Shown here one piece after another: positions 34,751 to 45,169 of a stretch of 64,000 nt of DNA. The position numbers and the translations under genes were made by a program. Under the pieces are notes generated by a model. That model was not told the DNA's origin. It ran no database searches and was given only the letters and a program-made list of their open reading frames with translations. Origin of the DNA: a bacterium (lineage in GTDB: Bacteria > Hinthialibacterota > Hinthialibacteria > Hinthialibacterales > Hinthialibacteraceae); the NCBI GenBank assembly GCA_963662285.2, contig CAXXMV010000001.1:192001-256000 (forward strand), written 5' to 3'. Each line of letters starts with the position of its first letter. The stretch's first letter is position 1.

Positions 34751-36213
34751 ATTTGTTTTCTACCACTTTAGGTTCACTTTCCTTTAAAACTTGCACTAGA
34801 AGTATTGGTATTGCTCCTCCTGTAGGTATAAAAGAACATTATTTAAATGCAAACAATAATCCTGAAGGCTTAACTAATTATCTACAAAGAATTCCTGAGC
34901 AAGAAAGAAATATAGCTCTGAAATGGATGATTGTAAACTTTCACGAAGTATCACATTATCACCAACTAATAAGCACTGTTTGTGGTTTACAAGTTTTTGA
35001 AACAATGTCTCGCATTTCATCCATTCTGTTAAATTTTTTCAATCAATCTACTAATTTATCGCTTCCGTTAATTGAAAATAACAATTTACCTGATTGGGCA
35101 GAAGAATTAATGTATACTGAAATGGAACTTGATTATTTATATAATGGAATCCCACCTAAAAGATTATTGATTAATACTGAAAAAGGTGTTCCATATGTTA
35201 AATATGAAATGCTAAATTCCTTATTTTTAATGAAGACAAAAATTGATTATGTAGAACCTGTGTTTTTTAAAGCAAAAAATGGTGGTTTAATACCAATTGG
35301 CTCTAATCATTTTTTTGAGTGTGGCTCTACATTTATGGAAAGGAATTTCGGTGCATGTATTATTGACAAATACACTAATGGTGCAATACCTGGTTATCCA
35401 TTTCCATATCCCGATAAATATTTCCTTTTGGATGATATCGCAAAACAAGAATTTCCTCAAATATATCACAAGAGATATGATATTGTTCTTGAGATAATCG
35501 CATTTTTATTATCTGTGTTAGTAAATCCTGGTGGGACAGATACTACAAGAAAGAACAACAAGAACCATTCGCCTGTAAAACTATTGGATGCTTTATTAAT
35601 CATAAAACTATATATAAAAAATAATGGTTTTAATGATATAGACTATAATTCAATAAGTGAATCGCTTGAAGATTTAGGCTATGCAACAGAGGAAGAATCG
35701 ATTGGTTCTCTTATAAATAATGCTAGTGATATGGTAAATAAAGGTGCTCTGGATTTTCAAACTATAGCAGTTCAAGATTACTACAAACAGCAAATATCTA
35801 TTTTAGAAACCATAAAACCGTCTGATTTGTTCTCTTTCAATTATTATGAAATTTGGAGAAGATTACCAAAGCCACCTTTAACATTTGGTTATAGTGATAA
35901 TATAATACCAAAGAAAATTGTAATTGGTAATGATCTTGAAAGATCTCCAAAATGGTTAAGGTATGTTTTCTTTATTGATATTGCAGAAAAGGCTTTATAT
36001 CAGCATAATATAATATGCCCATTAAAGGAAGGTGATGTTTATTGTCCATTCAAAAACGAAACATGTGGGAATGTACGACAATTAGAAAATTTTAAAATAA
36101 AGAACAATTGCCTATTTGAATATATGATTTCTTTTATGATTAAAAAAGATGTATATGATACATCTAAAGATGCGGAGCATATCGCAAATTTATTATTTGC
36201 AGAGCCACAATAA
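34747..36213 (+). CDS. Putative HExxH zinc metalloprotein with C-terminal Cys cluster
   Basis: FHEVSHYHQ; ICPL...YCPF...TCG...NCLF. Confidence 0.6.
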   Translation: MNLFSTTLGSLSFKTCTRSIGIAPPVGIKEHYLNANNNPEGLTNYLQRIPEQERNIALKWMIVNFHEVSHYHQLISTVCGLQVFETMSRISSILLNFFNQSTNLSLPLIENNNLPDWAEELMYTEMELDYLYNGIPPKRLLINTEKGVPYVKYEMLNSLFLMKTKIDYVEPVFFKAKNGGLIPIGSNHFFECGSTFMERNFGACIIDKYTNGAIPGYPFPYPDKYFLLDDIAKQEFPQIYHKRYDIVLEIIAFLLSVLVNPGGTDTTRKNNKNHSPVKLLDALLIIKLYIKNNGFNDIDYNSISESLEDLGYATEEESIGSLINNASDMVNKGALDFQTIAVQDYYKQQISILETIKPSDLFSFNYYEIWRRLPKPPLTFGYSDNIIPKKIVIGNDLERSPKWLRYVFFIDIAEKALYQHNIICPLKEGDVYCPFKNETCGNVRQLENFKIKNNCLFEYMISFMIKKDVYDTSKDAEHIANLLFAEPQ

Positions 36214-36622
36214 TTATTTGCTTGATATTCTATTGACAATCTCAAAATATTATTTTGTTCATTTCGATCCTTTTTTATAAGTCAAGTAGCATGTATGATA
36301 ACGTCGATCTATAATGATCTAACGATATTTAATTTTATTGATTGAGTGATGATGTGTATTATTAAATAAATCTTTCAGATCGTGATGGGAAGGTGATCCG
36401 TGTCCTTTTTTAATATGATAAAGGAGATGTAAATCGCCAAATCTATTAGATAGCCGACATTGCAATAAAAAAATATGATTACGGAACAATATTTTACAAA
36501 TCTCTCCCCCTTTTCCCTAAATTCAGTCGCTTACAGGATGAGAATAGTTTTAATTCCAGAACCGAGACCAAGAAATTTGAATCTATTAGCAATTCCGCTT
36601 TGAAACTACTCTATAGTTAATC

Positions 36623-37324
36623 TTATTTTTTAACAAAAATTACATGCTCTCCATTCCAATTTTTGTCAATATAGAAGGGATTGTGGAGAACAAAACTCAC
36701 CGTAGATCGCGAAACACCTGTAAGACGAGCAATCGATCTCAGCGATTTCATGTCTTGGGCAAGTCTGAATATGTGCTCAACAATTGGTCTTGTCTTCTCA
36801 TCTATAACGATCCGCTTGTTCTGCATCCGGTAGCCAAGAGGAGGACGGTTCATAAACTGGCCCTTCTCTTTGGCGAGTTGTACTCCTCGTTTGATTCGTG
36901 CTTGACGAAGTTCCGTTTCGAATTCAGAGAAAACGCTTCTGATTTTGGCAAACGCCTTTTCTGATGGCGATTCTACTTTACATTCATTAACCAGGAATAT
37001 TTCAACACCATGCATGGAGAGATGTGTTGTCAGCCAACCAAACTGGAATAGATCGCGTGAAAGTCGGTCTGATTCAGTCGCGACAATTCCTTTTATAGGC
37101 GTTTTGATGTGATCGATCATATCGACGAGACCGGGACGCTCGAATAATTTCGTCGCACTCATTTTATCCTCAAAGAATTTAATTAATACTAAATCCTTTT
37201 TAGCGCAGAAGCGTTCTATTTCCCGCCGTTGTCCATCGAGAGAATATCCTTTGCCTTGCTCGCCGGTTGAAACGCGGACATAGCCAAAAACGTTTCGATT
37301 TATTTGCGACTGATCGGTCGTAAT
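36623..37324 (-). CDS. Serine recombinase with short recombinase domain; non-canonical start
   Basis: In-frame upstream extension gives FGYVRVSTGEQ..GYSLDGQ; also DRLSRD and PPLGY. Confidence 0.85.
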   Translation of the reverse strand: MTTDQSQINRNVFGYVRVSTGEQGKGYSLDGQRREIERFCAKKDLVLIKFFEDKMSATKLFERPGLVDMIDHIKTPIKGIVATESDRLSRDLFQFGWLTTHLSMHGVEIFLVNECKVESPSEKAFAKIRSVFSEFETELRQARIKRGVQLAKEKGQFMNRPPLGYRMQNKRIVIDEKTRPIVEHIFRLAQDMKSLRSIARLTGVSRSTVSFVLHNPFYIDKNWNGEHVIFVKK

Positions 37325-37608
37325 ACGATATCACCCCGCTCGATGAATATTTCTATGTTGTCTCCCCCCTGGAGACGAACAGCTTTCGCCACTCCCGAGG
37401 GAATCGTAATTGAAAATTGACCGTTACTCCTTTGTTGTCGTAACACAACAACGTTTTGTGAGAGTCGTTTTCCACGCTTGGCCGAAAAATAGAGGATAGA
37501 TTTATCTACCTTGTCCATCATAATATTATGAATGAAATCATTAATAAACTTATCGTTAAACTGTTCAATTTGAAGGCGGTCTAAAAAGTCTACCTTCTTG
37601 GACGCCAT
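37300..37608 (-). CDS. AbrB/MazE-type DNA-binding protein
   Basis: GQFSITIPSGVAKAVRLQGGDNIEIFIERGDIVLRP; true start probably downstream. Confidence 0.7.
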   Translation of the reverse strand: MASKKVDFLDRLQIEQFNDKFINDFIHNIMMDKVDKSILYFSAKRGKRLSQNVVVLRQQRSNGQFSITIPSGVAKAVRLQGGDNIEIFIERGDIVLRPISRK

Positions 37609-37620
37609 AATTGGAAAAGA

Positions 37621-37995
37621 TTATTTGTGGAGGTAGGACGCAATCGGTTTATATTCATCTTTCAGATGGCTATGGGGCCAGAATCCTGTAACTGGGCGAC
37701 ACATCCAAATATTTCCTTTCTTCTCATATTGCCATTCAGGAAAGTCAACGTAATGGGTATCGTTCTTGGAAAAGTGAGAGTTGGTATTTTTAGCTTGTGT
37801 TTCACGTTGGAGATAGAATTTCATTTTGGCCGATAGAAAATCTATGGAATGCTTTTTCCCCAATTCATATATATCCGTGTAATTCTTGCAGTGAAGGAGT
37901 TCTATTCCAAAGCTTTCAGGATAACCATCCCAATGTATCGCGATCAATACCTGATTACTTTCAGTCACAATTGCTCTCGTTCCTATTTTTATCAC
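37621..37995 (-). CDS. Phage/ICE-type hypothetical protein (GTRA...HWDGYP)
   Basis: GTRA and HWDGYP motifs. Confidence 0.55.
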   Translation of the reverse strand: MIKIGTRAIVTESNQVLIAIHWDGYPESFGIELLHCKNYTDIYELGKKHSIDFLSAKMKFYLQRETQAKNTNSHFSKNDTHYVDFPEWQYEKKGNIWMCRPVTGFWPHSHLKDEYKPIASYLHK

Positions 37996-38291
37996 CTTAT
38001 TTTTCTGGAGAAAATTGTATCAAAAAAGAAAAAAATCAAATAAAGTGTTTTGCGGTTATTTCTGCAAGTTCTCGGCTCTGCTTCTCATTAGCGGCTTCGA
38101 AATAAGGAAAGCAGGCAAAGCAATTCCAGAATGCATGACCGAATTCTGAGCTATAGGCTGCTTCCAGATCGTTTCCACAAATACAGGTCTTTGTAAACCT
38201 CACTTTTGCTTCATTTTCTTCTTCCATTTTTTATCCTCCAAGAGACCACATTGCGGCTCTCTCACCCCCAAGAGAGCCGCGATTGCCTCTA

Positions 38292-39104
38292 TCATGTTTC
38301 AATGACGAGGGCGCAGTTTTCAATGGATTGAATAATTGTGGATGCGCATTGCCTGATCCGCTCAAGCCGCTCAAAAAGTGAGTCTTTATTTCCATCCCAG
38401 TTTTTGATGTAATCTGCCGATGACTGGATCGCATCGATGCCAAACCGCTCACAAACAACACAGGCAACAGCATCCGCCTCAAGTTCTTCGATTGGACGAG
38501 GCGTTTTTCCATTATTAAAATGGAGATGAATATGAGCCCATTCATGAATCAGAACCGAGAAATTTTGCCCAGATGTCATTCCTTCTTTGAGTACAATTCG
38601 GTTTTTAGTTGAATAACCGTAGGCGCGTCCCGTTTCCCCATATTCAAATTCAATTCCGTTTGCTTGTATGGAGCTCAGCGCCATCTCAAAAACTTCTTCA
38701 GCATCTCCCTGGGCGCCAGAGAGATATGGAATCTCATCACCGTCAGTTTGGGAATAGTCAAATACATACGCGGGCCTGAATCCAATGACCTTATCTTGTT
38801 CGTCATCTTCATCCGCTTTTTTCTTAAGGCAGGGAGCCAGAATCCGAATTCCTTTTTGGCCTTTGCGGACACACCGATTCAATTTATTCCAGGTCCGAAA
38901 ACCGGCAACTCGGGACGCTTTGGGGAATTGGCTGAATATGAGCAGCTGGTTTCCGATAGAATAATGATGAAATCTCGACATTGCCTTCAGATACTCGATC
39001 ATTTCAGCGGAGTAGCCCTTCTCTAATTGATCCGCGAGTTTATCCAATGTCTCATCAATGGTTTTCTTTGTCTCCGAAATCAGATTTTTTGTTTTTTCAT
39101 TCAA
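38292..39104 (-). CDS. ardC: ArdC/LtrC-like antirestriction protein (ssDNA-binding domain + zincin domain)
   Basis: YSIGNQLLI, VAGFRTW...VRKGQKGIRILAP, VFDYSQT, HEWAH, ELEA, SADYI; probable TTG start after GGAGGTG. Confidence 0.85.
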   Translation of the reverse strand: MNEKTKNLISETKKTIDETLDKLADQLEKGYSAEMIEYLKAMSRFHHYSIGNQLLIFSQFPKASRVAGFRTWNKLNRCVRKGQKGIRILAPCLKKKADEDDEQDKVIGFRPAYVFDYSQTDGDEIPYLSGAQGDAEEVFEMALSSIQANGIEFEYGETGRAYGYSTKNRIVLKEGMTSGQNFSVLIHEWAHIHLHFNNGKTPRPIEELEADAVACVVCERFGIDAIQSSADYIKNWDGNKDSLFERLERIRQCASTIIQSIENCALVIET

Positions 39105-39375
39105 ATATTTCACCTCCGGCCAACTGGCCAATTGCTACAAGTTGACGGAGCACAACTCTAAGAAAACCGGAAAGTATAAATAGGAGGAGTATTTTCATCA
39201 CTTCAAAATGGTAAAAAGACACATAAAGCGATTAAAATCAGATTGTTTGAATGATATTGGGATACTTTTAGAGGATATGCGGGAGGTAAAGATGCTCTTG
39301 CACGAGATTAATGCAAAAGTTGAGCATCTAATTTATTTCAAAATCTAATGATAGCATTCAATGTATAATATTCGG

Positions 39376-40011
39376 TCATTCATTGAGTTGATCTAATTCT
39401 TTTTTTAATTCCCGTATTTTACGAAATATCTTATCATTTAATTCAGTTGGATAGACAAAATTTTTATATTTTGACAAATCTTCTGTTTTAATTTTACCAT
39501 CAAAAGCGAGTTTAAGAACACGGAAATGAGTAATTGCTATAGATAATAAACTAAGTCCTTTAATATCAACATCCGTCTTTGTAGGGTCAGGTTCATAATA
39601 AAACATTAACTCTTGATCATCAATCAAACCACCTTTGTCTATTATTAGCTGTTCTATGTTGGATTCTACAGAAATGATTTCTTTAAGAATATTACTATCA
39701 TTATCACTTAATCCCCTATGAGTCTCAGTTGTATTATTTATATGAGATTCAAGTATAAACTCTAAAGTTCTAAAATTATTGGGCTTATCAGATTTCAAGA
39801 TTTGATATAATGCTTTTGTTGTGTTTATATAAGACATCAATGGTCCATAAAATTCGTTCAATTGCTGTGAAATTATTTGTCTTTTTTCCCTTATTTTTTG
39901 TTCTTTCAAGCTAGATTGATTGTTCATATATGTTATACGACAAGTAATGAAACCTACAGCAATTACTGAAACAGCTGAAATGATAGCTGGGATAAGTGTA
40001 TTATAATCCAT
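39376..40011 (-). CDS. N-terminally membrane-anchored hypothetical protein downstream of dndE
   Basis: TM LIPAIISAVSVIAVGFI; QLNEFYGPL; AT-rich. Confidence 0.6.
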   Translation of the reverse strand: MDYNTLIPAIISAVSVIAVGFITCRITYMNNQSSLKEQKIREKRQIISQQLNEFYGPLMSYINTTKALYQILKSDKPNNFRTLEFILESHINNTTETHRGLSDNDSNILKEIISVESNIEQLIIDKGGLIDDQELMFYYEPDPTKTDVDIKGLSLLSIAITHFRVLKLAFDGKIKTEDLSKYKNFVYPTELNDKIFRKIRELKKELDQLNE

Positions 40012-40050
40012 TATAATCTCTCCCTGCGGCTGTGAATCAGATTATTAAAC

Positions 40051-40434
40051 TCAAGGTGTTGCAACTGCAATTCTCATCAAATCCAAAATATTATTCATAT
40101 CTTTCGTACCAAATAAGAAAGAAATCCCGCGATGGACATGCAGTCGGAATTGTTTGCTTAATGTCTCTTCGTCTAACTCAAGCCTATCGCGCCAACAGCG
40201 TTCTTTAAGCAAGGCAAGATACACTGTCTCATACTCGCCTCCAAAAGTTCTCCATGACATTTCGACACCTCCCTCTAAAGGGATTTGGATATCACGTGGA
40301 GGAGAATTATCTGCTAACGATACACAAAACGCCCAGCGACATAGGATGTTCCAATTTTCGATACCAGTACGGCGCTTAAGCATAATCAATTGATCGCGGC
40401 CTTGTTTGGAAATTCGTACAGTTTCTAATGTCAT
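40051..40434 (-). CDS. dndE: DNA phosphorothioation protein DndE
   Basis: LKRRTGIENWNILCRWAFCVSL, EMSWRTFGG, HVHRGI. Confidence 0.95.
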   Translation of the reverse strand: MTLETVRISKQGRDQLIMLKRRTGIENWNILCRWAFCVSLADNSPPRDIQIPLEGGVEMSWRTFGGEYETVYLALLKERCWRDRLELDEETLSKQFRLHVHRGISFLFGTKDMNNILDLMRIAVATP

Positions 40435-40445
40435 AAACAGCCTTC

Positions 40446-42422
40446 TTACCAGAAATAGTTTTTCTTGATTGATGATGTCTGTTTGCTTTCATCATACTCC
40501 AGCAAATAAGTATGCCCGATCCACTTTTTCAAATGTTCGTGATATTTATTGTTGATTTCTTCATCAGTAGAAAGTAAAATCACTTGGTGGCTAGCAAATG
40601 GAAAATAGCGTTCAACCAAATGCATCCGGTGCGACGCATCCAATCTCCCAAGAGGTGTATCAATAATCACCGGTATAGGTTTGCCAGATGCCCTCCCCAG
40701 AGCCCATAGCATCGAGATCGCCAAAAGTTGTCGTTCTCCTGCCGATAAATCATCGGCCTTGATTTCTTGGTTGTTACCATTATATAAAGATAAGCAGTAA
40801 TCCTGCGGATCAATCTCAATCTGGTTGATGAATGCCCTCTTGCGTAGTAACTGGTTGTAACTCTCTAATATAAACTTTGATAGTTTCTCTGCATTACGCG
40901 CAATTACTTTTTCTTTAAACACATTCATTGTTTTTTGCAAACGTTGTGAATGTTTGATTACTCTCTCCATATCAGAACGTCCAATTTCAACTTGCCAATT
41001 GTCATTATATTTTTTGTCTAATAGACGTTTCTTTTCATCACGCTCACGACTCAAACGTTCGTAATCTTGGTTGATTTCTTGGTATTGGATATTGAGTTTT
41101 TCTAAGTCTTTTTCTGTTTTGCTTTTCTCTTCCACAATCTGTGCTAAGGCATCCTCATCGGGTACCGCTGCCAGTTTTTGATTATATTGATCAATCGTGC
41201 GTGAAAACCTTTCTGCCTGTTTCAAGATTGATTTCACGTTTTGAGATTCTTGCTGCAATTCTTTTCCTAAAAGCACATCGATTTTGAATTTCGTTTTCTC
41301 ATCGGCATCTAAATACACATTAATCTTAGATGATTGCTCAGTCTTGTTGATGTCTTTCAGCAATTCTTCTTTCACAAGTTTGATCGTCTCTATATCCACC
41401 TTTTCTTTTTTCAATTTACTCAACAAAGATTCTTTTCTATTTGTCAAATGGTTTACCAAAACCTTGGCTTGCTGGGCTTCGAGTTCTTGATCAATTTGTC
41501 TGCGTATATTCTGAAGCAAATTCGAAACCAAGTTTAATGGTAATGCTCCCGAAGCCTTAATTATCAACTGTTTATCCAATTCTTCTTTTTGTTTCTCATT
41601 TTCCTTTTTCTTTTGTTCATACTCATGTCGACACTCATATAACTCGCCACCCTGTTGGGAAAATTTTATATTTAGATCACTCAGGCCTTTTTCAACTCGT
41701 CCTATTTTTGTATTCAAACTAGCCATTTCTTGATATTTGTTTGAAACATCTTTGTCTTTCTTTTCGATTTCTTTTTGCAAAGAATCAATCTCTTGAATTT
41801 CTTTTTGTTGTTTAAGTTTTTTTTGCTTATTCCGTTGCAATATGGCCAAATCAACCTTCAACTGTTCAACCAAATCTACTCCAAACAACGCATTGATCGC
41901 AGTTTGAAACAATTTGTTCGAATGAGTTGATTCTGCTAGCATTTCTATCTGCTCGCCATCAAAAAAGAAAAGATGAGCCAATTGCGTAGGCACAAAACGG
42001 TCAACTTGTTCTTGCCAGGAATCGGAAAAGAAAGACGAATACTCTCCATTTATATAAATATCTAGATTTTCCGATATGCGTGAACTGGATTTGGCAAATG
42101 AACGGCGCAAAGTATAGATTTTTTCTATGCCGTCTTCATAACTGCGGAAGGTCAATTCAACGAAAGCACCAAGTTTGGGATTCACATTTTTATTGATGCG
42201 GTTTTTTAAATACTCCTCATAACCGATATTTTTATTGCGTACTATAGGAGAAAATTTTCCATACAACACAAATTGAATGGCTTCGAGTAATGTGGTCTTA
42301 CCCACACCGTTTAATCCCCCAACCAATACTATTGGTTTTTTTTCTGAAGGTGGAGTTAGGTTCACAGATTGTTCACCGTGAAATATCCCAAAATTAGATA
42401 TAGTAATATTATCTAAGATCAT
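40446..42422 (-). CDS. dndD: DNA phosphorothioation SMC-like ATPase DndD
   Basis: GGLNGVGKTT, LFFFDGEQI, coiled coil, LSAGERQ, IDTPLGRLD, SHQVILLSTDEE. Confidence 0.95.
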   Translation of the reverse strand: MILDNITISNFGIFHGEQSVNLTPPSEKKPIVLVGGLNGVGKTTLLEAIQFVLYGKFSPIVRNKNIGYEEYLKNRINKNVNPKLGAFVELTFRSYEDGIEKIYTLRRSFAKSSSRISENLDIYINGEYSSFFSDSWQEQVDRFVPTQLAHLFFFDGEQIEMLAESTHSNKLFQTAINALFGVDLVEQLKVDLAILQRNKQKKLKQQKEIQEIDSLQKEIEKKDKDVSNKYQEMASLNTKIGRVEKGLSDLNIKFSQQGGELYECRHEYEQKKKENEKQKEELDKQLIIKASGALPLNLVSNLLQNIRRQIDQELEAQQAKVLVNHLTNRKESLLSKLKKEKVDIETIKLVKEELLKDINKTEQSSKINVYLDADEKTKFKIDVLLGKELQQESQNVKSILKQAERFSRTIDQYNQKLAAVPDEDALAQIVEEKSKTEKDLEKLNIQYQEINQDYERLSRERDEKKRLLDKKYNDNWQVEIGRSDMERVIKHSQRLQKTMNVFKEKVIARNAEKLSKFILESYNQLLRKRAFINQIEIDPQDYCLSLYNGNNQEIKADDLSAGERQLLAISMLWALGRASGKPIPVIIDTPLGRLDASHRMHLVERYFPFASHQVILLSTDEEINNKYHEHLKKWIGHTYLLEYDESKQTSSIKKNYFW

Positions 42423-43945
42423 GAGGATTTTGCCAAAGAATCAAACAAAGGTGCATCTTTGTCTTCTTGTTTAGTACTGGACTGTTTCCAACTCGCTTTT
42501 AATCGAGCCCGTTCTTTCGCATCATCAACGTCATCATAAAAACATCGTTCAATTATATTTTCCATCTCAATAAATAGCCCTCGACGTGTTGCTAAGGTCC
42601 GGTATCGTCGCTCTGTATCCAAAAGATTTCGTGCAAGTTCAAAATGTAATTCATCTCCGTTGCAGGTTTCTTTCAATAATTCCAAAGTTTCTGCATCAAA
42701 AATAAAATTGTCATCGATTAATTTACCAGGATACTCGTCACCCACAATTCGCTCATAAATTTTAGGAAGAAAATCTTCAATTTCGTGCTTTTCTGCTATC
42801 CAAATACGGCGAATCTCTTCCAACTCTTCCAATGTGATTAATTCAATGGAGCCCACTTCATTTGGCCCGTTTTTCCGAATAAATTGCTGGATTTCCAAGA
42901 CTCGTTCTAACCAATAGGCCCGTGTCTCTTGTTTATAAGGACCCGGAACCAATTGAAATTGGCCGTTTGTATCAGTATATGAAGATACTTGGCCGGTAAT
43001 ACGTCGAAAATCTCGACGTTCGCGATCACGTTTTTTATCTTTTTCTGAACGAAAATCTAATTCATTCCTAAGTTCTAGAAGAGGTGTCATCCATTCTTTT
43101 TCTTCATCATTTTGGATCATCGCATCCATTGATTTATCTTTTTCAACCAGGGTACAAACCCAACATCCAAAGCGGCTATTTCCACAACTTGATGTAGAAT
43201 TATCGACAACTAATGGACATTCACCATCTGCACTGGCTCCTCGGTACATACTCATCAAATCTTTATTATTATGTCCCCATGGATTCTTTATCTGCATCAA
43301 AAAAGTCCAAACATCATCGCTCGACCAGTCTTCTATTGGTGTATAAATGAGTGAATTAGGTAAACTTGAACTAGGTACGAGTCGATCACGTACTGCTTTT
43401 TTACGATGCTCTGCCATTGTACGAGCACGATTGGAACTTTCGGATTTCCTAGTTCCCAACACCAATACTGTTTCACCGTTTTCTTTCACAACATCACGTA
43501 CAAATTTGTTGGATGGATTAATCTTCAAACGCTCAGTGCACCAACGGAACCGGTGTCGAGGGGCAGGATAACCTTTTCCGATTAAATTAACCCAAAACGT
43601 ATCTTCAATGGCAGGCTTTAAAAGTTGGGGTTTAATAGGTAAACCATGTTCATTTGCATTTTTTCCCATTATTAACAATGAATTGCGTACCCATGAAGAA
43701 ACAATAGGATTCTCTACTAAAGTGTCTGTACTTATTGGGTATACAGGTTTTTCACGGTGTTTTTTGGGCAGTTCAGAAATGGCCAACCACACTAATTGCA
43801 AGGTCGCTGTAGAGTCTTTTCCTCCACTGTAACCTACAATCCAAGGAACTTCATCCGATAAATAAAGATCTTGAATTTCACGCTTTAGGAATTCAATCGT
43901 TGAAGAAAATCCACTTTTTGCAAATATAGATAATGGACGATTCAT
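42419..43945 (-). CDS. dndC: DNA phosphorothioation sulfurtransferase DndC
   Basis: YSGGKDS, DTLVENP, RWCTERLKI, SCGNSRFGCWVCT. Confidence 0.97.
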   Translation of the reverse strand: MNRPLSIFAKSGFSSTIEFLKREIQDLYLSDEVPWIVGYSGGKDSTATLQLVWLAISELPKKHREKPVYPISTDTLVENPIVSSWVRNSLLIMGKNANEHGLPIKPQLLKPAIEDTFWVNLIGKGYPAPRHRFRWCTERLKINPSNKFVRDVVKENGETVLVLGTRKSESSNRARTMAEHRKKAVRDRLVPSSSLPNSLIYTPIEDWSSDDVWTFLMQIKNPWGHNNKDLMSMYRGASADGECPLVVDNSTSSCGNSRFGCWVCTLVEKDKSMDAMIQNDEEKEWMTPLLELRNELDFRSEKDKKRDRERRDFRRITGQVSSYTDTNGQFQLVPGPYKQETRAYWLERVLEIQQFIRKNGPNEVGSIELITLEELEEIRRIWIAEKHEIEDFLPKIYERIVGDEYPGKLIDDNFIFDAETLELLKETCNGDELHFELARNLLDTERRYRTLATRRGLFIEMENIIERCFYDDVDDAKERARLKASWKQSSTKQEDKDAPLFDSLAKSS

Positions 43946-43949
43946 TTTA

Positions 43950-45047
43950 TTATTTACCGTTATTCTTACTTAGAAACGCAGATTCAAACCGATTTTCCTC
44001 ATCTGTCAAAGGCAAGTTCAACGTCTTTTTAAGGATATTTGTTGTTAAAATCACATTTTGATTTGTATTGGATACGCGGCCTCCATTCATCGCCCGGCCT
44101 TCCCATAATTGATAATTTGAGCGTGACCAATCTATTTTTTTCAATGGGCGTAATTGAGATTTCCATTTTTGGGGATATTTATTCATTAAAAGATTTCCAA
44201 TTACACCAAGAGATTCGAGGATAACACCATGAGAATGAATGAAATCAGTACGTATTTCACCTGAAGTGACTTTTCCATCACGAACGAGTTGCCATTCATT
44301 CATTTGTTTGGCAACCTCTTCCCAGTATTCATTCGCAATAATTGATCCTTCATTAATATCAACTATATCAATATTCGCAAGCAATGCTGATGTCGCCTTA
44401 TAAATGGCGCTTAATGTAAATAGTTTACGTGAACGCTTCGATAAACTGCTTTTCTCCATTTCAACAATATCACGGAACAAATTAGAACGTAGAATCATCA
44501 AGCGGCACAAATTGGCTAAATCATCACGATAATCATATAAAACTCCTAGTGACCGGCTTGGGCGAATCGCATATCGATTTAGATCAGCAAACATTTGCTG
44601 GCATCTTTCTAAACCGATATCCAAGAAAAAAACTACAGCAATTGTTTCTTCTCCTAATTCTGGATTTTCCTCCAATGCTGATTCAATTGCTGCTCGACGG
44701 TGTTGTCCATCATTAATCAGGAATTTTGAATCCATTGGAACATGTAAAACTCCGACTTTCCCACCATCAACTTCAGGATTTAGAGGTGTGAAGACTACAT
44801 CTCCATCAATAGATGCGGTAATTGCTGAGAAAACATAATCATTTGAATTTTTCAGAATATATCGAGTAATATCTGGGATACGGTTTTTATTAAGTGTTCT
44901 CTGAGCTCGGAGTTCGGGCTTTAATTCAATTTCATTGTATAGGAAAATACGAGGGATCAATCGTAATGGGCACATTGAGACATAATATTCACGCTTTGCT
45001 TGAATTCCGCGAATTGCGGGGAAAGTATAGCCGAATCGTGTATCCAT
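43950..45047 (-). CDS. dndB: DndB (DGQHR-domain regulator)
   Basis: FPAIRGIQA, RAQR, INDGQHR, QMFADLN. Confidence 0.95.
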   Translation of the reverse strand: MDTRFGYTFPAIRGIQAKREYYVSMCPLRLIPRIFLYNEIELKPELRAQRTLNKNRIPDITRYILKNSNDYVFSAITASIDGDVVFTPLNPEVDGGKVGVLHVPMDSKFLINDGQHRRAAIESALEENPELGEETIAVVFFLDIGLERCQQMFADLNRYAIRPSRSLGVLYDYRDDLANLCRLMILRSNLFRDIVEMEKSSLSKRSRKLFTLSAIYKATSALLANIDIVDINEGSIIANEYWEEVAKQMNEWQLVRDGKVTSGEIRTDFIHSHGVILESLGVIGNLLMNKYPQKWKSQLRPLKKIDWSRSNYQLWEGRAMNGGRVSNTNQNVILTTNILKKTLNLPLTDEENRFESAFLSKNNGK

Positions 45048-45169
45048 TTGATTTCAATTGAGATATATCATAATTTTAAAATTGAATTTTAATTTCGCTC
45101 TGTCAATATAGAGAGATTTTAGCAAAAGTTTGTGGAGGAATCAACAAACATACGTTGATTTATAAGAAA

